Below, piece by piece: positions 54,093 through 64,000 of a DNA stretch of 64,000 nucleotides. The stretch comes from Vitrella brassicaformis CCMP3155. Lineage: Eukaryota > Protista > Chromerida. Position 1 is the stretch's first letter, and each line of letters starts with the position of its first letter. Where the stretch lies: contig CDMY01000542.1 of NCBI GenBank assembly GCA_001179505.1, positions 62,001-126,000 of the forward strand. Reading direction: 5' to 3'. The notes below the pieces were generated by a model that was not told where the DNA came from, made no database searches, and saw nothing but the letters and a program-made list of their open reading frames with translations. The position numbers and the translations under genes are program-made.

Positions 54093-54309
54093 CAACAGGC
54101 TGGGCAGATGCAGCGGTGTACGTCACCATCGAAGGGCTTTGCTTGCCTTTTGAAAGGGGTCGATCATTCTGCGCCGCTTCCTTCCCCTTTTTTTGGCTGC
54201 CAGTGGCGGATGCATCGCGGAGGTTTTCCATAGCTAGGTGAGGAGCAGGAAGGACAGCAAGAGGAGATCTCGGACCCTGATGAACCATCGACCCTCTTGT
54301 GTGTAGGAG

Positions 54310-55694
54310 ATGGCGGGCTCATCTGGCGGTGGTGGTGGTGGTGTGCGCCATGACCGGATGTTCCTGTCGCTCAACAAGAGCCTTGCCAACACAGCCAACA
54401 TCGACATCGACCCCACCGCCACCGTCACGTCTGCCGGCGCCATGGCTGCCACGGCAGATCCCCACCCCGACTGGCAACTGGGCGCTGACCTGCCTTTGAT
54501 GGATGAGTGGTCTATGTGGGAGCAGCTGCAGACGGCGGGGCAGCAGCCCGGCAGCAGGGGAGACAATTACGATAACCAGACGAACAAGTTCGCCACCTTC
54601 AGGACAGTTCAGGTGCGATGGACGGCATGACGGGGGGATGGGGTTGGTGGTGGGGGGGTGTTGCATTGCTGCTGCTGCTGCTGCTGTTGTGTGTGTGTGT
54701 GTGTGCAGCATTTCTGGCGTCTGATGGAGCATCTCCCCCAGCCGAGCCACCTGGTGGAAGGCAAAAAGTGAGGGAGTAATTGAGGAACACAACACGGTCA
54801 AGAAGGGGAGGAGCGGACACTCGGCGCATGTGGGCGTGTGGTGGTCCATGCAGAATGGTTCGCGAGAGGGCGGACGGCGTTCACACGGTCGACGCCATCA
54901 TGCTCTTCAAGTGCGTATGCCCCAGCAACCACACACACACACACACATACAGTCGGCTGCAAGCGGAACACACACACAGATGGCTATGTATGTCTTCATG
55001 TACCTTTCCCATCCATCTGTGTGTGCCTTCAGGAGTCCTATTCGGCCCAAGTGGGAGGATCCGAAGAACGCGGACGGCGGTCATTTCCAGTTCCAGATTC
55101 GCCCGAGGGAGTGTGAGCCAGCACAGATCGACGAGTACTGGAATAACCTGGTGCTGGGGGTGGTGGGGGCCACCATCGAGCCACACGACATCATCACGGG
55201 CCTTCGAATGGTCGGTCGGCTGGCGCACTACCAGCCAACACACAGGACACAGACGCACACACACACACGCACACACACACGCGGCGTGCAATCCCTTATG
55301 CTTGCCTGTGCACAGGTGGACAAGTTGCAGGCGAGCCGCACCCCAGCTGCGGCCACGATACGGCTGGAGGTGTGGTTCACTCAGTGCGACGCAGGTCAGT
55401 CAGCCTGACATCTGACTGTAAGTACATGACATAACACGCACGCGGTGACACCACCACATCTATCCACTCTCACTCTCACTGGCATATGTGTGTGTGCGTG
55501 TCGATGTTTCAGAGCGCCGTGACACGCTGCGTCGCAACGTCGAGCGCTGCATCGCCACCGGACTGGTCAGTCACACGACAGCCATCCACTCACTACACGC
55601 CCACACACACGTGTGTGTGTGTGTTCAGGACAACACGATGTACCAGCCCCCCCGCAGCGAGCACAAGGTGCACAGCAAACAGGTCAAACACTGA
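54310..55694 (+). CDS. eIF4E-family cap-binding protein, multi-exon
   Basis: LPLMDEWSMWEQ, FRTVQ|HFW, LFK|SPIRPKWEDPKNADGG, YWNNLVLGVVG, ITGLR, IRLEVW. Confidence 0.88.
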
Positions 55695-56706
55695 ACCATC
55701 CAAGATACCACCAAGCAAAGCAAAGGAGGGGGCCGCGCGTAGAGAACCGTTGGCTGAGTGCACTCGAGGCGAGGCAGGTTGATAGGTACCGATCCGTACT
55801 GTGTGGGTAGTGGGCAGCTTGCGTTTCTCGGTCTGTTGGATCCACTGGCCCTCTCTCTGCGTGTTGTAAGGGAGTGGAGCGTCCCTCTGTTGGGGGCATG
55901 CCCCACTCCCTGACAGCTGCCTGCAGAGAGGAGGAGTGGATGAAGCGACACGAGAAGCAGACAGGAGCCGGTATGTCCAGCTAAAACAGCAGCAGCAGCA
56001 GCAGCAGATATTGAAAGACTGAGTGCGTGAATGTCCTTGTGTTTGTACAGCGCCGACATGTTTGTATGTATGTGTGTGTGTGGGGGGGGTATATCTCTGT
56101 GGGTGAGACTGAGGAGTGAGTGTGCATAGCTGGCTGGCGTCAGGACGGCTGAATACCAATGGGCCAAGACACATTCACCTTTTCATTGTCACACCCGTCC
56201 GGCCGGTTGCCACGGAAGGTGTCTGCATCGCTCGCCGTCCAGGCCAGAAAGAAGCGCAGGTCTGACGCGACCTTCACTCCTAGCATGTGACGCCGGCCAC
56301 AAAGACCTCCTTCCGCTGCACTCAGGACCACAATCGATTGACCCCCTCCCTCCTGTCTGTTCTTCCGCGTGTGTTGGCTGTCTGCTTCATGCGACACGCG
56401 CCCTGGTGTGGTGGTGCACACGACCGAAGGGCCGGCCGTGGACACGCCCACACCAGGACCTGACGGATGAAGCAGCACAGCAAACACCGCCGCAAAACGA
56501 GGTAACGTGGCAAGATGGGCAGTAAAGGCTGGCTGCTGGCGAGTATGTATGTATATGTACTGTACACCCACTCCATCCATCCATCCATCCATCCTTCACA
56601 GCCGCCAAAACGAGCACACCCTCACTGTCCACACAACCGATCGATGGAGGGACAGCTGGTCCCTCCCTCCCTCCCTGTCTCCCTGCGGCTGGCCTGGTCT
56701 ATCTCT

Positions 56707-58008
56707 CTATCTCCATTTGTCTTTGTAGGACTCGTCGATGCCCATGGGCAGCTTCCTGGCGTGGGGGTCGACGTCCCTCCCCGTCCGCTGCTCCTTCTTG
56801 TGGCCCACTGCCTTGACGCCCTCTACCTTGACGCGCTTGTCCTTGACGTCAGTCTGAATGACACCACACACACACAGAGAGAGAGAGAGGTGGGTGGACA
56901 TCATCTGTGTGTGTCTGTCTGTGTGATTTGTTTGTGTGTGTGTTGACGTGATGTGTCGGTCACGTCATTGACCTGGAATTGCCTCCACGAGTCGACCCGC
57001 TGGTCCCTCATTTCCTCCCACTTGCGCTTCTCCTTGCGCTTCTCTTCCTCCTCCTTCTCCAACTCATCCTCTTGCTGAATGACACACACAAAAGGCAGAC
57101 AGACACACAGAGAGAGAGAGGGAAAGGCATCAGCTCACGTGTTCCTCTGCAGCCGGCCCACCCGCTCCACGCACCTGTTTCTCCCGCATCTCGTTGGCCT
57201 TGCGTGTCTTCTCTGCGTACGCCCTCCGCGCCTCGAAGGTCTTGAGCTTCTTCTCGCACAGAGCCGCCAGCTCCTCGTCAAATGTCGACTCTTCCAGGGG
57301 AGGATCACCAGCTGCCGTCAATACCAAACACACAGCCCATCTCTCTGTGTGCCGCTCGTGTGTCCGTGTGTTGGGTGTACCTACCGGCTTTCCGTCTTTT
57401 GTTTTCCTTAGCGCGTACTTTCTCGAGTTCTCTCCTTGCATCGTCAATGACGCCCTTGTACTTGGCCCTGTTCTCGGGCATCTGCAGCTCCTCATAGGCC
57501 TTGGACACAACTACGCACACACACACACACACACACACACATGGTGAGAGGATGGCCTCTCTCCCCCTCTCCCTCCAGTCACCTTGGAAGGCATCGTGTG
57601 CCCTTTCATGCTTGCACTTGTCCGGGTGGATGATCAGAGACAACTGCGGTGGACACACCACACGCAGGCAGTCACAGCAGAGAACACAATCCGCCGGTGT
57701 GCGTCCATGCGCCGTGTTTGTGCGCATGTATGTATGTGGTTGTCTGCCTGTCTGTCTGTCTGCCGCACCTTCCTGTATGCCTTCTTGAGGTCCTCTTCTG
57801 TGGCGTCGGGTGTCAGCTTGAATATCTCGAACGAGTTGGTGAATATCTTGGCCGTCAGCCGGATCACCTCCTTCTGTGGCGACTCGTACGAGGGCGCCTT
57901 GGCCGCCGCCGACGCGTCGGGCTTCTTCTTGTCGCCCTCCTTGGGCAAAGACTCTATCTCGCTCAGAAACGCAGCCATGATGTCGTCGTTGATGTCGGTG
58001 TCCCCCAT
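56707..58008 (-). CDS. DNAJC8: J-domain protein DNAJC8/Spf31-like, multi-exon
   Basis: AFLSEI, LKKAYRK|LSLIIHPDK, AHDAFQ, WEEMRDQRVDSWRQFQ. Confidence 0.85.
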
Positions 58009-58053
58009 GGTGCCTGCCGCAGCGTCGGAAAGGCGACTCTCCTTCGTTCCTTG

Positions 58054-58063
58054 GCGAGCTTAG
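58054..58063. promoter_or_regulatory. GCGAGCTTAG core motif between DNAJC8 and Ctr
   Basis: Exact 10-mer core of the recurrent motif, in a 163-bp divergent intergenic region. Confidence 0.45.
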
Positions 58064-58171
58064 CGATCGGCAGCTTTGATGCTGAGAAAGGGATCTTGAG
58101 AAAGGTTTGAGGCAGCGGCGGTCAGCGAGCACAGGACGCTGACGGTGTTGGGTGTGACAAGGGGTGTGAAG

Positions 58172-59060
58172 ATGAGTGCATCGTCATTCATCTTTGTTTG
58201 GCTCGTTGGAGCCGTTGCCTTCGCCACCGTCGTTCACCGAGCGGCTGGTCAGCACAACCACAACCACAACGGCATGAATGGCATGAATGGAATGAACGAC
58301 ACCAATGGCGGGCATGGCATGGACCACAGCTCACATGCTGGCGGACACCCCATGTTCTTTCGAACGGGAGGTTAGCAAATGGGATGCCTGGACGAGCGAT
58401 GGAAGGATCCTATCCTGCCTTCTTGACTTGATGTGTGTGTGTGTGTGTCTGTGTGTGTCTGTTCTGTGGTGGTGCAGTTGAGAACGTCATTCTGTTCGAG
58501 GAGTGGAAGACCGAAAACGGAGGCCAATACGCCGGCGCGTAAGGCAGGCAGCACAAACAACAATCATGCCGCCCACGCCCATCCATGCCATGCGGCTGTG
58601 GATGTGATGTGATGTGTGCAGCATCTTTGCGGTCTTCTTCTGTGCCATCTTTGCCGTGTTTGTGCGGCTGTACCGTGGGCAAATGGAGAACTCGTGGGAG
58701 AGCAACAAGGAGGCCTTCCCGGCGCACACGGCCGCCCGACTGGCGATGCGCTTCAGCCTGGCGTTCCTCTCCTTCACACTCGACTACGGCCTCATGCTGG
58801 TCAGTCAGTACAGCCAACCAGATCTATTTGTCGTCGTGCTCTTCTCACCATCTCTCTCTCTCTCTCTGTGTGTGTGTGCGTGCGTGTGTGTGTGTGTGTG
58901 TGTCTTTGTTTGTCAGATTGCGATGATCTTTGACGTGGGTTTGTTCTTTGCCGTCGTGTCGGGCCTGGCCGTGGGGGTGATACTCTTCACGGACCTCATG
59001 AAGGTGCCCGCATCCAAGTCCTTCAGCACCACAAAGAACGAGGGGTGCTGCGATGTGTGA
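58172..59060 (+). CDS. Ctr/SLC31 copper transporter with signal peptide and His/Met-rich N-terminus, 4 exons
   Basis: HNHNHNGMNGMNGM..HGMDHSSH, PMFF, ILFEEWKT, YGLML|IAMIF (MxxxM), GxxxG, C-terminal GCCDV. Confidence 0.88.
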
Positions 59061-59917
59061 TGTGAATAGCAGCCAGGGAGAGAGGAGAGTGGGGGAGATA
59101 AATGTGTTTGGTTTGCGTCTTTTAGTCAGCAATCAATGCATTTATTTGTTTTTGTGGCCGTCTGTCCAGTCCAGACGGCTTCGCCGATCTCAGCCAAGCT
59201 GCGTGCCTAGCTCTCTGTGTGTCCATGTCATGTCCGTCATGCAGCCTCTCATGTGTGTTGCAGCGGGAAGATGTCTTCCCCGTCGGTGGTGCAGACAACG
59301 AGCGCAGGTCTGCCGCGACTTGCACTTCTTGCCTGTGCCAGGTCCGAGGCAGACATCTTCCCCCGGCACACGGGGCTCGTTCAATCTTTCCTGTCAGCTC
59401 CGTTTCATGTCTTTTGTCTCTCTGCCTATCTGTCCGGCCGGCGTCACCGATCAGCCGGCCGGCCTTCGTTTTGATGTGTGTCGACACGTGTGTGTGTGTG
59501 TATGTGTGTCTTTGTGTGAATGGATGGATGGATACATTGGGGGCGAATGATTTCCTGCGGGGCGATTTTCGTGCGTGTGCGGTGTGTGACCTCTTTAGCC
59601 GTGCCATGCCATCCCGCGTGTGTGACTTTGCTGAGGTGGATGGGGAATGGGTTATTTAAGGTGTGTATGAAGACACTCCACTTAGTCAATACGCATCAAC
59701 CACCACACAGACAGCCAAGGGTGTTGTGTCCCGATGGATGGATGGAAAAACTTCATTCATTCAGCCAATCTGGCTGGCTGGCTGCACGAAAGCTGCACAC
59801 ACCACATGCATATGCACCCTCCGACACACACGACAGGCCATCAGTCACTTCCTCTTTGCTAAGGCCAATGCAACCGCCGCCACGAGAGCTGCAGCGGCCA
59901 CAGCAGACACCGTCACG

Positions 59918-62799
59918 CTAAACACACAGACACACATGAAGAGAGGCGGGGTGTGTGGGCTCCCTGTGGGACCCTGCCGTCGGTTTGGTCACATACCAGT
60001 TGTCTGCGATGAGCTCGCCCAGCCTATCGGCAATCTTTAGAGGCAGCCACCGATTCTTCTGTGCACCACACACGCACACACAGAGCGTGCGACACGTCCT
60101 TCCCTCCCTCCCTCCCTCCCTCTCTCCCCCCCGCACATACGTACGTCGAATTTGGCCGACAGGAATCTCGCGACCCTCCTGGAACTTGCCGGCATCGGCT
60201 GGCATACACACATACACACACACAGCTTTCTGGTAGGTCGACAGACCATGTTTGTCCTTGGCTCCTCTCTCTCTGTGTGTATTGTGTCTTGTGTACCACA
60301 GATCTCTGCGGCAGCGACTTGAGTTTGCTGAGCTCCTCAGGCATGCTGGCGTCGACTATGAGCTTATTGATGGCGCGCGACACGCCGTCGGGGAACTTGC
60401 CGAAGTGGGCGGTGGCCAGACACACCAGTGGGTGGCGCTTGCCTGCACGCGGCACAAACACATTTCTGTCTGTCCGTCTGTCTGTCTGTATGGTTGTGTG
60501 GATGGGTCTTTAGCGTTAGTTTTGTACCATCTTGTGGGTGCTCTGTCCTGAACTGGTCGGCACAGGCGATGCCCACAGCTGCACACAGATGGCACCGCAC
60601 GGCACACAGCTCAGGAGAGGTGTGGACGGATGGGATGGTCTGTGTGACCGACAAGACAGCTGACCTGTGTGCGGGTCGACGATGACTCCGTGTTGTTTGT
60701 ATGTGGCCTTCATGGCCGCCTGCGTCTCCTCCTCATTCGCACAGTAGGCGTGAAACGCTGAATGAGGTGAGGAACGCACGATGAAGCAGAATCCGCCCAG
60801 GGCTGACGTGTGGGAGTCCTGATCGGCTGGTGGGTGGCTCACCTCCCCGGGTCTTTGAGAGTTCCTGCTCGCCCACTCTGAACTCACCGGTCCTTTTCAG
60901 CGATACTGACACACACACAAACGCATAAAGCCATTTCCTTGCGCATTCATTTCATTTGTGTGCCTTTCTTTGTGTGTCGCTGACTGACTGAATCGCTCCT
61001 TGACCGCCTCTGCGTCCTTGCCGAAGGCATCGTACAGGAACCTGATTGATGATTGGAAGCACATCAGGCAGGCTGGCTGCAGGCAGCGGGATGCGGTGCG
61101 TCCGTGTTGGTCTCTCTCTTCCACCTTTCGAAGTTGGATGACACCTGGATGTCCATGGAGGGGGACAGAGTCGGCTGCACCTGCGTCTGGTACACACACA
61201 GAAAGAGGCTGGGCGACTTGACTTACACGTGTGTGTGTGTGTGTGTGCGACAGACTGACCAGTGAGTAGCTGCCGCTGTTGTGGAACCGTGTCAAGATGT
61301 CGTTCGAGTTGCTCGCTGAACCCCGGGACATCCAGAAAGAGAAGAGAGTGACATGTGAATGTGTCCCCTCGCTCACCGATGATGAGGTTCCCGATGGGCG
61401 CACCCATCTGCTTGGCATAGTAGCCAGCCTTGTATGGTATGGTGACACAGAACAACACGCCAACACGCACAACTGCCTGCGTGGCGTCGTTTGCGCTTTG
61501 TTGTTCTGTGCGGGTGTATGTACCAGTATGTTGCCAAAATTGCCCGTCGGGACGCAGAAGTCGACCTTCGTTGACTTGGTCTGCACACAACACACACACA
61601 CCCCGACAGCCATGATTAAACCATGTATGATCATGCTGAGAGGTGCTAGTCCTGCCGTTGTGTCTTGCTATGGACTTTACCATGTCAAGGACTCTGAACG
61701 CCGAGTACCAGTAGTAGACCATCTGTGCCAAGATGCGCGCCCAGTTGATGCTGTTCACCGCACCTGACACACAGTTTAGTACAGTCACCAATACATGACA
61801 TGACATGCGCCATGAATGCAGCCAGCCAACGATCCACACAGCCGTCCGCCCACACTGCACTGCCAGGCAGGCCACGCACCGAGTTTGAGCCTTTGTTTGA
61901 GTGGCGACCCGAAGAGCGTCTTGACGATGTTTTGGCAGTCGTCGAAGTTGCCGTCAATCTCGATGCAGTAGACGTTGTCATCCGGGACGGTGGTCATCTG
62001 CAGCCGCTGGATCTCGCTCGTGCGGCCCTTGGGGTACAGTATCACACAGTCGGCATTCGAACGGCCGCGGAAACCTGCCGGTGATGGAGTGCATTCCAAA
62101 CCGACGGCGATGAACAATCATGGCTGGGGGCTCATCGTTTGCCACTCACCAGCGATGGCGGCGCTGCCCGTATCGCCTGATGTGGCGCCGAGGATGACCG
62201 TATGCCGGTTCTGTTTGCTCAAGATGTAGTCGAATAAAGTGCCTGGATGTGCACACGAACCAGCACGCACACACAGACAGGGTGGAGGTCCACTCACTCC
62301 TTGCTGCCTCAGCCTACCGAGCAGCTGCAGTGCGACGTCCTTGAACGCATAAGTGGGGCCGTGGAACAGTTCGAGGAGGTAGTAGTCGCCGAGCTTGACG
62401 GTGGGCGCTATCTCGGGGTGTCTGAATGACCTGTAGCTCGTCTGGATGATGTCACGCAGATCCCTGTCGTCGATCTCGCTGCTCTGGATGTACAGGCGAA
62501 GCACCTCATAGCACAGCTCCTGGTATGGAAGGCTCCTGTGTGTGGTGCCACACATTCACATCACACACACACACAGAAGAGCCGAGCACAAACAGAGAGA
62601 GATAGAGGGTCAATGCAAAGGCGTGTGGTCAAGTCGTCCGTTCTTTGTGATCTCCTGACCTCCATTTATTGACCGTCGTTGCCGGCACGTTCGGGATCTT
62701 TTCGGGCAGCAGAAGCCCTCCGTCGTCGGCCAGCCCTGACAGCACTGCCTCAGTGAAAGTGAGGCCACTCACGCCTCCTCGTGTGCTGCGATACTTCAT
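59918..62799 (-). CDS. thrC: Threonine synthase (fungal/bacterial ThrC type), multi-exon
   Basis: MKYRSTRGG..GLADDGGL, ELFHGPTYAFKDVALQ, GATSGDTGSAA, QRLQMTT, GNFDDCQNIVK, VNSINWARILAQMVYY, VPTGNFGNIL, DPHT, LATAHFGKFP. 3' end approximate. Confidence 0.93.
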
Positions 62800-62840
62800 C
62801 AATGAATCACGCTGTTACAAAAAGTACCGCAGTCGCTTCG

Positions 62841-62874
62841 CATCTGCGAGCTTAGGTACCATCTGCGAGCTTAG
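62841..62874. promoter_or_regulatory. Tandem CATCTGCGAGCTTAG motif in the thrC/mS34 bidirectional promoter
   Basis: Exact 15-mer at 62841-62855 and 62860-62874. Confidence 0.55.
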
Positions 62875-62940
62875 CCTGGCTCGGGAGCAGCAAAAGAAGC
62901 GCACGACCTTTGAAGGCGCAAGGAGAGTGCAGCGGCTGTG

Positions 62941-63935
62941 ATGCACAAGATGCTCAGCGCAAAAGGAAGCCCATCGATTGGTCGTCCCTGTCGTCCCCTC
63001 GCGCAGCTGCCCTCGTCGCCGTCATGTGTCGGGCTTCCCCCGCCCTATCTGAATGTCAGCGTGCGCCATCTGCAGCTGATCAAGAAGGTCAATTGGCGGC
63101 GCAGTGGCGGCCAGAAGGAGATCATCAATCTCAAGGGCCCGCCGCCCATCGGCCGGCTGCCGTTCCGCAAGACCAACCACCCCAAGATCCTCTGCCCCTA
63201 CTTCCCACAGTACCACTCGCCCTACTCCATCAACCACAAAAAGTACCCCCACTACCCCGAGCAGACCCACCGACAGCGATACCCTAAGTATGAAGAGCTG
63301 ACCAGCGTCAAGTTCTTCGCCCAGTGGTGTGACCAGAGCTGGCGGGACAGGAACTTCTTCGAGACGGCCCACCGGCTGCCCTTCAGGGGTGTGGGGTATA
63401 TGTTCTGGCGGCAGGGCGGCAACAGCCCCTGGGGCGAGGGGCGGTACTTTAACCTGAAGTCCATCTTCTACAAGGTGTGTGAGATGAAACGGTCCAGCAA
63501 TCGAGGCGTCTGCCACGCGCGTGTGCATGTGTTGTTGTGTGCGATCAGTACCGCCCATTCTACGGCCAGGCAGTGGGCGACTCATACTACAACCGTATGG
63601 CAGACACTGCAGTGCACACCCCAGACGAGCCGGACGAACGGACAGACAATCGATCGGTTCCTTCTGTGTGTGTGTGCCGGTGTGTGTTTGGGTATGCATC
63701 CTGCCTGCATCAATCAGACCGCTTGGCTCGTGAGAACATGGCTCCCATGGCGTTCATCCAGGGCCGGTGGATGTGCGAGCCCCCCTCATTCGCCAAGGAC
63801 TTCCCATGGCAGTACCGTCCCCCTTTCCCGCCATCATACGCCGATGAGATGACAATGAAGGGCACTGACAAGACAGCTGCGACCGCCACTGAGACTCAGG
63901 CGGAGGCTGAGGGGGGCGAGGCGGCTGCTGAGTGA
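62941..63935 (+). CDS. Probable mitochondrial ribosomal protein mS34-like, 3 exons
   Basis: Basic, acid-poor N-terminal presequence; FFETAHRLPFRGVGYMFWR..YFNL..|YGQAVGDSYY resembles the recalled mS34 core (L..LP.FGVG...R...YW....G.AWG). Confidence 0.45.
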
Positions 63936-64000
63936 TAGATCCGTCTGAGCTCTGTGTGTGTGGATGAATGAATGGATGGATAGATGGGTGGGTGTGACTG

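Overview
Intron-rich, GC-rich eukaryotic genomic DNA. Introns are short and full of (AC/GT)n, (GACA)n and (GGAT)n repeats. Gene content and style suggest an alveolate, most likely a chromerid such as Vitrella (inference). I support about 24 spliced protein genes, nearly all in head-to-head pairs. Recognisable ones are two SAMHD1-like HD genes, PDCD2/Tsr4, PDAP1, SLX9, a YeeE/YedE transporter, an ISS1-like aminotransferase, an S8 subtilase, alanine aminotransferase, ferrochelatase, PP1, a ViaA-like VWA protein, eIF4E, DNAJC8, a Ctr copper transporter, threonine synthase and an mS34-like protein. There is one 300-N assembly gap. The most striking item is at 17521-20986 (-): three apparently separate ORFs splice into one gene of about 1019 aa, with a predicted signal peptide and hydrophobic tail, that alternates degenerate FKBP-like modules with four bacterial/phage DUF5675-like His/Cys domains. 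Other notable items are a bacterial-type ViaA homologue with a reading-frame break, a subtilase with Glu at the catalytic Asp position, a large surface protein with a triplicated unrecognised domain, a recurrent motif in the bidirectional promoters, and a ferrochelatase exon-intron-exon fragment copied into a neighbouring gene. All family assignments come from recalled motifs; no searches were run. Gene boundaries are approximate unless stated otherwise.
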